The notes beneath the pieces were generated by a model. The model did not search any database and was not told the origin of the DNA. It worked only from the letters and a program-made list of their open reading frames with translations. Shown piece after piece: positions 1 through 12,730 of a stretch of DNA of 64,000 nt (position 1 is its first letter; the number at the start of each line of letters is the position of its first letter). Location of the stretch: contig NC_069004.1 of the NCBI RefSeq assembly GCF_001194135.2, positions 28,161,619 through 28,225,618 of the forward strand, given 5' to 3'. A program made the translations under genes and the position numbers. Origin of the DNA: Octopus bimaculoides. Its lineage: Eukaryota.

Positions 1-504
1 GCATTTCTGCATGTGAGCACATTTTATTGTGCCCGCAGGCTGATATACTTGTATGTGCAAAATATAATAAATTTTTCAATTATAAAATTTACATAATATT
101 CATATGCCTATTTGTGACATAGGTTGCATTTCCACTATGGCTTGGAACAGTTAGATCCGAACAGAAATCATCCTGAAATTGCCGTTTGAATGGAAATTTT
201 GTTTTCACCATAACACACATATTGCTAGGTTTGTACCACCCTCCTGTGATCCAACTACACTCTAGCTGAAAAATATAGAATACCTCATAAGTAATATAAA
301 CATCCTAAATTCAGTGGCGGCGTTAATGAAGATGTTATGCGTTAATTAAATGTGTTAAACTTATCTTTATTAATGTATATCGAATTATACATAGATATAT
401 ATACAAGATTTACACAGATATAAGCGTTTGAACTTGTGATCCGCCCATGGACCTTTTTCTTTGGAAATTTTTGCCCACCACACTAAAAAGTTTCCCCACC
501 CCTG
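1..504. mobile_element. hAT-type DNA transposon remnant, right end
   Basis: Ends AAAAAGTTTCCCCACCCCTG (reverse complement CAGGGGTGGGGAAAC..), followed by TTCTACAG; the left end is not identifiable in the window. Confidence 0.45.
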
Positions 505-1861
505 TTCTACAGGTACATTAATAGCATCACTTTCACTAGTCTCAGAGATTGTGCAAAGTCAAAGGGCACTGTCCCTTCCTTCAAACCCAGCAAGTAAAAA
601 AAAAAATAAAAAAAAACGAACAAAATATCTGTGACAAAAGGTAATGGTCTGTAAAAAAAGATCAAATACAAATTATTTTACAAAATTTTCTTCGTTTCTT
701 TTTTTCAAAAGAGAAATTTAGTTTGTTTTAAAGTAGAACTTTTTTTTTGATAACAATCATGGAGATAATTAAATTTGTTTTATGTTGTTAGGGGTGTTTA
801 GTTTCAAGCCAACCCTGGTTGAGTAGACCGATAATCAAAGACACTCCAACCATGACCATTTCATTTTTTTATTTAGACAGGCTGTCTCTAAGACTGCAAT
901 TACCGTTCCATCCTCTGAGTCTCTTTTGTTCGTTTGCTTTCTAAAAGGCAGTAAGAATGGACAGCTTTTTCTGGAAGGTCGAGTAACCACATCAAAGCTC
1001 CATTTTTGACTACATCTTTCATCTGTTATATGCTATATACTAATGTATATAATAGATTTTTATCCAGCTGGGTGGCTGTTCACAGAGATGATGGATATTT
1101 TTTTCACTTTTTTCATGTGGGTCAGAGTCAGTAGATCTCATCTGGGCATGTGTATCTAACTGTGGGTGAATGCCTTTGGCGGAGCCCAGTGGGGCTGATA
1201 TACATCTGGCTTTATCACTGGCTATTGCTGGGATGGTTTTTAAATACAACAGGTCTATGGGAGATGTTATCTGTGCATAAGTACTGCAATAAATTTGCCT
1301 TTCAAAATATATTTACATTGAGTATGATACATAGATGACTGTTATGATTAGATTATTTTCTTATCATCTAAGTGGCAAGTAGGGGTCATTTGATTGGTTA
1401 GATATAGTTGGCAAATCTTTCTTAATTTATAACCATTGTAGACCTGCAGCCCCTTAGAAGTAGACTGATTACAAAAAATTAATTTTATTAATAAACAATA
1501 TAAACATAATTGAGTTTATATCATTAAGGTTAATCTGAGAGCAAGTTATTGAGTGCTTAATAGACAAATATGATGATTAAGATACCCCTGCATAGAAAAG
1601 AAATTCTGACATTTTGGGTAATGTTATCATCGATATACAATGCATGAAAAAAAATATAGGATGATCATGAGTGGAAAGAATGCTTTCGATCATAGGCCTG
1701 CTTGATCATGGTTGACCTAGGGCTAAACAAACAGGTTATTTGTACTCAATGTTTTTAGTATATCCTCTCCTGTACTCTCTCCCTCTCTCTCTCTTCCCCT
1801 CTAAACCACTATGATAATGCAATATATGAAATTTGTGTTTTCACTCAAAGATATATATATT

Positions 1862-2100
1862 TGTGGAGGCTGGACAGGTTTTTCAACCAGCTGGTCAGCT
1901 ACTTCAGGCTGATGATGAGCAATGACTCAGAAACATGTCCCTGAATGCAGACTAAAGCTGGGTGGGGAAGCTTGTCTCCCCTTCACAAATATAAGGACAC
2001 AGGAAATGTGTCAAGGCCAGCAGGAAGCGGTCTAACTTCCTAGGGCTAAATAGCAGCAGTATGATTCCCTTAATGGGTCTGTCACATTAAGTTGACAGTA
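1862..2100 (+). mobile_element. Small GC-richer HHR-bearing element (retrozyme or Penelope pLTR-like)
   Basis: GC-richer island between TA runs containing an intact HHR. It shares ATAA(A)GGACACAGG..TGTGTC with the 34 kb element at almost the same distance from the cleavage site. Boundaries approximate. Confidence 0.5.
1903..1945 (+). ncRNA. Minimal type-I hammerhead ribozyme, canonical core
   Basis: Stem I TTCAGG(1903-08)/CCTGAA(1940-45); core CTGATGA(1909-15); stem II TGAG/CTCA with loop CAATGA; GAAA(1930-33); palindromic stem III ACATGT; cleavage triplet GTC, cut after 1939. Confidence 0.8.
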
Positions 2101-2331
2101 AACAACTGTTGAAATTTATATATTTATATATATATATATATATATATATGATGACGATGATGATGCACACATATACATGTATGTGCAGTCCAATGAAGGC
2201 TAGTAATGCTGAACTTCAAAGTTACTGTCACTCCTCCTGTAAAAATATAATAAACTAAAAGGTATTAATTCTTCAGTTTAATGCTAAATTGTTTTTTTAT
2301 ATATAACTCAACTTCTCTCAAGTTATATATG

Positions 2332-2367
<36 letters not shown>

Positions 2368-4437
2368 TGTGTGTATTCGTTTCATAAAAATAAAGAAACT
2401 GTTGTCTTTTATTACACACAAATACACACATGTGTGTGTTTTTGTCATATTCTTAACTTTTCTAGTTATCAAGATATTCTCCACCACCACCACCATTTCA
2501 TTTGAATTACAATTTTATCAGCAGTTAATATTTTTATCTGCCCTTCAAATTTACCTTGTTTAGTCTTGTCTTGTTGTTATTTAACGTTTTTGGCAAGATG
2601 CTAACAAAGATAATTATTTTTAATAAAGAAATGGAAGCAAACAACTGCAGTTACCATTTTCTCCTAACCTACTGCTACTACTACTTCACTGAAGGAGTAA
2701 TATATCTACATGATAGATAATAATTTATATATGATACCGTAATTAATCAGTTGGCAAAAGATGGCTCGTTTGTTCATTCTGAATGATTATATTTTGAAAT
2801 TCATTCTATCTCCGATTGCGATCACTTGAATGTTGAAAACAAAACATGGGAAAAGGCAGAACTTTAGAAAAAATAAAGAAAGAAACTAAAAAACATTGAA
2901 TTATGTTCACATATGTTTGACTTGCGGGAGAATAAGTCTACAAGATTCTTGTTGATTAGAGTAATTAATTAGTTTCTTGTGTTATTGTAGATAATATATA
3001 TAAATATATATCATCATCATTGCTTTACATCTGATTTTCCCTGCTGGTATGGGTTGAACTGCTTTTCTAAGCCAATGTTTTGCTGTTGGATGTTATTCTA
3101 CCACCAGCCCTTTCAGCCAACTTCTTGTGGCTCACAAGGATATGACGTACTTATTTCGAAACCAAACATATAGTTCCAGGTTCAGTGCTACAGTGTAACA
3201 CTTTAGGCAAGTGTCTTTTACTAAAGCCTGAGGTTGGCCAAAGCCTTGTGATTGGCTTTGGTACATAGAAACTGAAGGAAACTAGTCATGTGTGTGGGTG
3301 TCTTTGTGTCTGTGTTTGATCCCCACTACCACTTGACAACCAGTGTTGGTGTGTTTACATCCCTGTAACTTAGCACTTCGGCAAAAGAGACTGATAGAAT
3401 AAGTACCAGGCTTAAAATAATAGTTCTTTTAGTCTTTTACTTGTTTCAGTTATTTGACTGCGGCCATGCTGGATCACCGCCTTTAGTCGAGGAAATCAAC
3501 CCCAGGACTTATTCTTTGTAAGCCTAGTACTTATTTTACCAGTCTCTTAGGCCAAACCACTAAGTTACGGAGACGTAAACGCACTAGCATCGGTTGTCGA
3601 GTGATGTTGGGGGGGGGGGGCAAACACAGACACACAAACATATACACACGCACACACATATATATAAATAATATATATATATGCATACATACATACATAC
3701 ATACATACATACATACATGGATACAGAATGCCACCAACAGTAAACAACATGAAATATGAAAACAAACAACTAGAGAAACAAATGGAAAGCAGGACAAGCA
3801 ACACAAAGAAGGACCCCCTCACCAGCCATCAGCCATCCATCCGCTACCCACCCTGAGCATGTGGCTGGTAACCAAGCTACTTACCATACTGCCACTCCTG
3901 CGCTTATTGATAAGAAGAAGAATTTCATTTATTTGCACCTAATAAGTACTAAGCTTGATTCATTTGAATAAAAAATCTTCAGAGTGGTGCCACAGCATGG
4001 CCACAGGCAAATGACTGAAATAAGTAAAATAAAAGATATACAATAACCACACACGCACACATGCATGCACACCATCCACTTCAACGCTACCGGCCATTCA
4101 GTCGATCTTGTATCAGTGTGTGCATCGCTGCACACCATGGGTCCACATTCTCAAGGAAACACAGGGAACAACATGTCATACTCAGACTTGGCACCGTGTC
4201 ACCAACAGGTTTAAACGAATGGTTTCCCCCCCCCCTTCTACTTCTACACCTCCTCTTAGTTCATTAACTCTTTTCTTATCCTCCAACTCTCCTCTCACCT
4301 CATCTTTTCCCTTTACCTCAGTTTGGACTTTGCCTTCTTCTCATTTCGTTATTTTTTCCTTCTCTGTTTCTCACGTCACTTCTTGTTTACGTATGAAGCT
4401 CATGTGGTCCTGCATTCCTTATCATTTGCAGCCAGTT

Positions 4438-4438
<1 letters not shown>

Positions 4439-4499
<61 letters not shown>
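4439..4499. repeat. Poly(T) tract of about 60 nt
   Basis: Direct reading. Confidence 0.95.
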
Positions 4500-4500
<1 letters not shown>

Positions 4501-4834
4501 GTTTCTTTTTTTTTAATTTGGGATGATGTACGACTCTGCTGTCCCTCATTAATTTCTCTCCTTTCAAACTTTCCTTGAAGAAAGGCACTCTCTGACACAT
4601 TGGATTTTTCCCATTCCTCACAGCAAGTCCACTGTCCTCTTTTTATCAATTTTACTGCATAATATAAGTGTTGCCAACACAAACCAACACTCGCTGCCTT
4701 GGAGGCTGTGTGATCACACACACACACAGATGTTTAGAGCTCTAATTTCCTGTTTGCATCACCAAACTTATACACACACACACAAAAGTGGGTGTTGTGT
4801 TAGAACACGCAATGCTGCATTATTTACCATGAGA

Positions 4835-5208
4835 GAACCTCTCAAATTGACTTGTGGTGCATATAAAAGGGTAATGACCTCCTCTGGTCGTGAATGACCA
4901 TGGGATTGCACCTAGAAAGTTCCTCTCTGAGGTACAAGTCCAGGCAAGGTTGTTCATGGAGGTCCAGCAGTCGTCCATGCATACCAGCCTCTTCTCTCTG
5001 TGCCACTGAGGTTATCCAAGGAAAAGTCAAAAGCTGCTACAGCTTGGCACCAGTGACGTTGCAACTCATTTCTACAGCTGAGTGAACTGGAGCAACGTGA
5101 AAATAAAGTGTTTTACTGAAGGACACAACTCACAGCCCGGTCCAGGAATCGAACTAACTATCTCATGATTGTGAGCCCAATGCTTTAACCACTGATTCAT
5201 GTGCCTTC
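4835..5208 (-). mobile_element. SINE with family E head and CORE-like block but a different 3' tail
   Basis: CAGCTGAGTGAACTGGAGCAACGTGAAA..CCGGTCCAGGAATCGAAC is shared with 21246-21490; the left ~220 bp differs. Confidence 0.68.
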
Positions 5209-7640
5209 GCATATAAGCACTCATATTCATGTTGCTTGCAAGAGGTGATTGTCCACTATCACCTGCAGATGATTATCTCCTGCTAGTGATATAAACATGA
5301 GTGCTTGTATGCACCACAAGCCCATATGAGAGGTTCTCTCATGATAAATAACACAGTATTCTGTGTTCTAACATGATATCCACTTTCAAGTGGAGATAAA
5401 TATTATCTTTTGGTATTTACACTGTTTCTGTCACTATTAATTATACCTACACACGTGTATGTGTGGTGTGTGTGATTGTATGTATACTTCATTATCATGA
5501 TGGTTTCATGTCCTTCTTCATAGGATAGGTGTTTTGACAGGATCTGATAAAGCAGAGAACTGTGTTGAGCTCTAATGTCTCTTTTGGCATGTTTTCCATG
5601 GTTGGATGCCCTTCCTAACACCAACCACTTTACAGAGTGTACTGGGTCACTATTCTATGGCACTAGCACTAATGGTGATCTTGCTAGTGCCAGTGATCAA
5701 GTCATCACTTTAAGGCAAACTTAAGATCAAATGTCTCCTATTGATAAAATTTGATTTTCACAAATCTCTCTCTCTCTCTCTCACCCCATGGTGAAACAGA
5801 ACATATTTTGTCAGACTAAACGATTATGGATTAAAAATCTTTTCCACTCTCAGACTTACCTTTGAGTACTTTATTCTAAGTGACCAGACAGCTTCTTTTT
5901 GAACTTGTCACCTCCTGGAATAATATATATAAAGAGAGAGAGATAGATATAGATCAAAACAGTTTGATTCAATAATGTATATATATCATTTTTTTGTGTC
6001 TGGAGGGAGTCATACTGCCAAAACACACTCACCAATTCAATTGAACCGGTGAATGCGTTGGATATTAAAGTTGTGTGACTCCTCAGTCACAACGAAATTT
6101 GCTTCAACACATGAATTCACATAAAGAATCTTGCAAACCAGGTACAAAAACAAAGTGTGTTTGTGTGTGTATAAATACGTGTGTGTGTGTGTGTGTGTGT
6201 GCGTGTGTATAAACATGCACACACACACTCACACATATGTATGCGCTCAAAATGTTTTAACAAAATAATACCCATTTATTGACTGCTTCTCAAGTACTTT
6301 ATGTATGGTCATCAAATTATTATTTCTCACCCTTTTTCATACACTAGCATAAGATGCAAGATCCACAATCCTTAGTCATCTATTATATACAGTAACAAAG
6401 AAAGTCACCAGCTTTCTTTGTTATTGTGTGAGTCAGGTTGTTTTTTTTCTTCTTCTTGGATATCCTTCCTGTGACCAGTCACTATACAATATGAACTGGG
6501 TGCATTGTATCATGGTATTTGCACTAGAAAGACAAATATATTCTTTTATTCTTTTATTTGTTTCGGTCATTTGACTGCAGCCATGCTGGAACACCACCTT
6601 AAAGGGTTTGTAGTAGAAGAAATTGATCTCAGGACTTATTCTTTGTAAGCCTAGTACTTATTCTATCGGTCTCTTTTTGCTGAACGGAGACGTAAACACA
6701 CCAGCATCGATTGTCAAGCAATGGTGGAGGAACAAACACAGACTCACAAATACNNNNNNNNNNNNNNNNNNNNNNNNNNNNNNNNNNNNNNNNNNNNNNN
6801 NNNNNNNNNNNNNNNNNNNNNNNNNNNNNNNNNNNNNNNNNNNNNNNNNNNNNNNNNNNNNNNNNNNNNNNNNNNNNNNNNNNNNNNNNNNNNNNNNNNN
6901 NNNNNNNNNNNNNNNNNNNNNNNNNNNNNNNNNNNNNNNNNNNNNNNNNNNNNNNNNNNNNNNNNNNNNNNNNTCCGTCTACCAAATCAACTCAAGGCTT
7001 TTGGTCGGCCTCAGGCTATAGTTGAAGTCACTTACCCTCGGTGCCACATACACCACACGTGCACGTAAAGGTTTGGTGATGCAAACAGGAAAAATAGAAC
7101 TCAAAACATAAGTCTATATATGTATATACATACATGACAGGCTTCTTTCAGTTTCCGTCTACCAAATCAACTCAAGGCTTTTGGTCGGCCTCAGGCTATA
7201 GTTGAAGTCACTTACCCTCGGTGCCACATACACCACACGTGCACGTAAAGGTTTGGTGATGCAAACAGGAAAAATAGAACTCAAAACATAAGTCTATATA
7301 TGTATATATTTTATTAATACTTAGCAGAAGCAACAGAGTGACTCATGGGCTGAGAGTTTTGTGCATTAACACTTATCAAACTAGTTAGATTTATACACCG
7401 CTGATAATAGTATTTTCCTGGATAGTTCTGGAACAAATTATCAAAGCAATTACGAATTATAAACCATTGTAATTCATAAAAACAATTCACTGGCACCCTT
7501 ATCTATGTGTGTGTAAGTACACACAAATTTTCCTTATTTGTTTAGCTAAGTGTTTACTTATTGAATGATATAATGGGCAAACTATCTTAAGAATATGAAT
7601 TATCCACTTGGCATTGTAAAATATTAATAATATATGTATA

Positions 7641-7677
<37 letters not shown>

Positions 7678-8671
7678 NNNNNNNNNNNNNNNNNNNNNNN
7701 NNNNNNNNNNNNNNNNNNNNNNNNNNNNNNNNNNNNNNNNNNNNNNNNNNNNNNNNNNNNNNNNNNNNNNNNNNNNNNNNNNNNNNNNNNNNNNNNNNNN
7801 NNNNNNNNNNNNNNNNNNNNNNNNNNNNNNNNNNNNNNNNNNNNNNNNNNNNNNNNNNNNNNNNNNNNNNNNNNNNNNNNNNNNNNNNNNNNNNNNNNNN
7901 NNNNNNNNNNNNNNNNNNNNNNNNNNNNNNNNNNNNNNNNNNNNNNNNNNNNNNNNNNNNNNNNNNNNNNNNNNNNNNNNNNNNNNNNNNNNNNNNNNNN
8001 NNNNNNNNNNNNNNNNNNNNNNNNNNNNNNNNNNNNNNNNNNNNNNNNNNNNNNNNNNNNNNNNNNNNNNNNNNNNNNNNNNNNNNNNNNNNNNNNNNNN
8101 NNNNNNNNNNNNNNNNNNNNNNNNNNNNNNNNNNNNNNNNNNNNNNNNNNNNNNNNNNNNNNNNNNNNNNNNNNNNNNNNNNNNNNNNNNNNNNNNNNNN
8201 NNNNNNNNNNNNNNNNNNNNNNNNNNNNNNNNNNNNNNNNNNNNNNNNNNNNNNNNNNNNNNNNNNNNNNNNNNNNNNNNNNNNNNNNNNNNNNNNNNNN
8301 NNNNNNNNNNNNNNNNNNNNNNNNNNNNNNNNNNNNNNNNNNNNNNNNNNNNNNNNNNNNNNNNNNNNNNNNNNNNNNNNNNNNNNNNNNNNNNNNNNNN
8401 NNNNNNNNNNNNNNNNNNNNNNNNNNNNNNNNNNNNNNNNNNNNNNNNNNNNNNNNNNNNNNNNNNNNNNNNNNNNNNNNNNNNNNNNNNNNNNNNNNNN
8501 NNNNNNNNNNNNNNNNNNNNNNNNNNNNNNNNNNNNNNNNNNNNNNNNNNNNNNNNNNNNNNNNNNNNNNNNNNNNNNNNNNNNNNNNNNNNNNNNNNNN
8601 NNNNNNNNNNNNNNNNNNNNNNNNNNNNNNNNNNNNNNNNTATATATATATACACACACATACACACACAC

Positions 8672-8713
<42 letters not shown>

Positions 8714-9381
8714 TATGTATACACAGTTTCTTTAACACAGTTTCTTATTTCTTTATTGCCCACAAGGGGCTAAACATAGAGGGGACAAACAAGGACAGAC
8801 AAAGGAATTAAGTTGATTAGATTGACCCCAGTGCGTGGGATTGAACCCAAGACTTCACAGCCACATCTGCAAAGTATTTCTATTAAAATGTATTAGTTCT
8901 CATCCAACACTAATATAAACACACTTGCACAATCACATGCACACATACACACACTAGAACCCTCGTCGTCTTATCCGATTGAGTGCTACATTGTTATAGA
9001 CTGGAATAAGTAACTGATCTCTGTTGAAGCAACAATAAATGCTGAAGCTAGTCAGATCAGAGTCGGGGTGACACGGCTCATGTTGGTTGGCTGGCTACAA
9101 GCCTCATGGTCACAGTGGATGAGGAAGTACCTTGCAGGGATGAGAACTGTCTGGGACACTGCTTGGAGGGTCACCTAGGATGACCTGAGCAGATACTGAC
9201 AAATGGTAGATACAAGCTTTGTGCCACAATGGCACATGTCCCCATACCAGAACTTACTTAGCCAGATCAATCATAGGTTTCTGTCACAGAGAGAGAGCGA
9301 GGCCTGTGGTTTAACTATAGCATTTACTTTTCACAGCAGGGTGCTTACTAAAAGCACACACTAGTAAATTTGCCTTACTGC

Positions 9382-9435
<54 letters not shown>

Positions 9436-10789
9436 NNNNNNNNNNNNNNNNNNNNNNNNNNNNNNNNNNNNNNNNNNNNNNNNNNNNNNNNNNNNNNNNN
9501 NNNNNNNNNNNNNNNNNNNNNNNNNNNNNNNNNNNNNNNNNNNNNNNNNNNNNNNNNNNNNNNNNNNNNNNNNNNNNNNNNNNNNNNNNNNNNNNNNNNN
9601 NNNNNNNNNNNNNNNNNNNNNNNNNNNNNNNNNNNNNNNNNNNNNNNNNNNNNNNNNNNNNNNNNNNNNNNNNNNNNNNNNNNNNNNNNNNNNNNNNNNN
9701 NNNNNNNNNNNNNNNNNNNNNNNNNNNNNNNNNNNNNNNNNNNNNNNNNNNNNNNNNNNNNNNNNNNNNNNNNNNNNNNNNNNNNNNNNNNNNNNNNNNN
9801 NNNNNNNNNNNNNNNNNNNNNNNNNNNNNNNNNNNNNNNNNNNNNNNNNNNNNNNNNNNNNNNNNNNNNNNNNNNNNNNNNNNNNNNNNNNNNNNNNNNN
9901 NNNNNNNNNNNNNNNNNNNNNNNNNNNNNNNNNNNNNNNNNNNNNNNNNNNNNNNNNNNNNNNNNNNNTTTTAAATAACCATTTATTAGTTTAGAAATGT
10001 TGCCAAACCTATTTCTGCAGATTATATATTAGAATGGCATATTATCTTGGTTGATTTATTCTGTTAATACAGACCAGTTTGATCATGGTTAATGTCCATC
10101 ATCCGTAAACTACACCCTCCACCCCCATTCCTTCCCCCACCACACACTGTTGTTGTTTTTTGTTTTGTTTGTTTTTCTTTTTTTTCTTCTTCTTCTTGTG
10201 TTGCCGGAACCAATTTTAGTCTCCAGACTTTCCCAACCATTGTTAGTAGTTTGAGTATGAGTAGCAGGCTATGTAACATGGGCCCAAATTCCCATACAGG
10301 ACCCAGGGTGATATTTTTGAGAAATGTTCTTTTTTGAAAAAGAATTACCATAAAATACAGTGTTTAACATATTCACATCAATAATGGAATTCAAAATACT
10401 TACATTGTTTGTTTTGATGTGAATATGTTAAGGAAATAGTTGTATCCTTTATGTTAGAAGTCTATGTGGTCATCTGATGAGAAAGGTTTCTTTTAAATGA
10501 TGTGATGTTTTCATTAATTAATTAAAGGAGTTGCTTCAAACGGCTGTAATGATCAACACCTGTACATCTTTGTTACTGATATTTTATTACCCTAATTTGG
10601 AATCTGCACTTTGGAAATACTATAGAAAGTACCTTTATAAAAAGTACATCTGAATTACCAAGAGCAGATATCTTCACTTAGCTGGGTTGCATTGTCTGCA
10701 CACATGGTGGGAATATCAGGTACAAACACCCCTGCATGGAGTCTTGATATGCAATATTCAAGTAATATTCTTTGGATATGCAGGTTATA

Positions 10790-11010
10790 CCAACCTAGCA
10801 AGGTGCCTTAATTTAAGTACCTAACTCAATGGAATGTTTATAACTCTTCGAAACGCCAGTGTTAGAACTGTGGCAGCTGATGAAGGAAATGTTCTCTATG
10901 TGGCCTGTGTGTTTTCTGTACCCTGTTTATCATTTTGTCCATTTTTTTTTTTTGGAATGTCCTGTAGCCAGATATACATCTATATATACATGTAGATGAA
11001 GGTATGTACA
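10790..11010 (+). mobile_element. Possible Penelope-like terminal fragment
   Basis: CTAACT..CTCTTC-GAAACGC-C-AGTGTTAG layout resembles a decayed HHR; CTGATGA at 10877-83 has no downstream GAAA. Confidence 0.3.
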
Positions 11011-11377
11011 TATATATGCATATACTCATATATTATTTGTATATATATATATATAGATATAGATACATACATACATAAATGCATTCATACATACACATAC
11101 ACATGTGTGTGTGTCCCCTGATTTTTTAGCATGTATGTCTTTTGAGAAAGAGATAAGTTTCTTATCATTACCATTTGACAACCGGTGTGGGTGTGTTTCC
11201 ATCCCCGTAACTTAGCAGTTTAGAATAAGTACCAGACTTAAAAAGTACTCGGGTTGAAACCAGTAGAAGCTAAAAGATACATATATATATATATCATGAG
11301 TCGCCATGATAGATCGCTGACCACACCATTCAAATTTTTTTTTTTCTCCGTGTTTTTCTCCTTGTTTTCTCCTTATT

Positions 11378-11414
11378 TCTTTCTGTTGGAGAGCGTAGTT
11401 CGAAACGTTAAAGA
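11378..11414 (+). ncRNA. Degenerate hammerhead-like motif in a Penelope-like terminal fragment
   Basis: TCTTT-CTGTTGG-A-GAGC-GTAG-TTC-GAAA-CGT-T-AAAGA: stem I 5 bp and ACGT palindrome intact; the core has two substitutions relative to CTGANGA. Confidence 0.4.
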
Positions 11415-11501
11415 CTTTCTCTATTCCCGAGCATTAAACTAATACATCCTTTTGTTGTTTACACCACCTGTCCTCGTCTGTTGTTTTTTTCGTAAATTCT
11501 C

Positions 11502-11534
<33 letters not shown>

Positions 11535-11806
11535 NNNNNNNNNNNNNNNNNNNNNNNNNNNNNNNNNNNNNNNNNNNNNNNNNNNNNNNNNNNNNNNNNN
11601 NNNNNNNNNNNNNNNNNNNNNNNNNNNNNNNNNNNNNNNNNNNNNNNNNNNNNNNNNNNNNNNNNNNNNNNNNNNNNNNNNNNNNNNNNNNNNNNNNNNN
11701 NNNNNNNNNNNNNNNNNNNNNNNNNTCTCTCTCCCCCTCTCTCTCTCTCTCCCTCTCTCTATCTCCCTCTCTCTATCTCCCTCTCTCTCTCTCCCTCTCT
11801 CTCTCC

Positions 11807-11856
<50 letters not shown>

Positions 11857-12595
11857 TGAAGGGTTGTTTTGTATTTGAGATTTTTTTTTTTTGCGTGTGT
11901 GTGTTTTACTTCTTACTTTACTGATATATCGTGAAATGAAATGGCTGCAGCATGAAGTAGCTGTGCATTATTCACCAGGCACTCACAGTACTTGCCATTG
12001 CAGTGGAAGTTGTGTGTGTGTGTTTTGTACTCAATGCTGTTAGATAGAGCAGCATAATATTTGGCCTCAGTCTGCATGAGTTGTTACCTGGAGATTTTTC
12101 ATTCCTGTTTTTCACCTGCTTGCCAGACCCAGCAGAAGAAACTGGGTGGGTCTCACACAGATTCAGCTTTGGATAAATAATACATGTGCATGTGGGAGGG
12201 AGAGAGAGGTGGGGAAAGTGTGTGTGTGTGTACTGGATGTACTACAAAGTGGTTGGTATTAGCAAGGGCATCCAGCCCTAGAAATCAAGTAGACATTGAT
12301 GCATAATACGGATATATATATGTACATCACATCTAACACTCTACACATATATATATATATATATATACCATCATCATCATCGTTTAACATCCGCTTTCCA
12401 TGCTAGCATGTGTTGGACGATTTGACTGAGGACTGGTGCTACTGGATGGCTACACCAGGCTCCATATATATATATTGGAAGGTTTGGAGGTGATGTACAG
12501 GAATTGTATATTGGAAAAAATAATAAGGTACTCAGATATCTGGATGGTTGTACATTTACAGATTTTTATTAATATGTCGCATGTTTTATAAATAT

Positions 12596-12637
12596 GACTA
12601 GTTTCGAGGTATTGCCTCTTATCAATATAGAGCAGCC
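12596..12637 (-). ncRNA. Hammerhead ribozyme core (U3-A8 variant, same family as the 34 kb copy); stem I 3' strand missing or diverged
   Basis: The minus strand reads GGCTGCTCTATA-TTGATAA-GAGG-CAATA-CCTC-GAAA-CTAG-TC, colinear with the 34 kb motif. The sequence after GTC (ATATTT) does not pair with TCTATA. Confidence 0.68.
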
Positions 12638-12667
12638 AAACCCAGTAGGGTATATATAATATATATA

Positions 12668-12730
<63 letters not shown>

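Noticed and set aside
3272-3290. GAAACTAGTC or AACTAGTTTC as HHR halves (also 52867-52880)
   Set aside because: No core or stem II; embedded in a SINE or next to a microsatellite.
4439-4520. Retrocopy poly(A) tail with ATTAAA on the minus strand
   Set aside because: No TSD or recognisable parent sequence found.
6974-7308. Identical 155-bp tandem copy with period 180
   Set aside because: Exact identity directly beside a gap; most likely a scaffolding artefact.
10474-10500. CTGATGA as an HHR core (also 37498, 42167)
   Set aside because: No stem II-GAAA-stem III follows.
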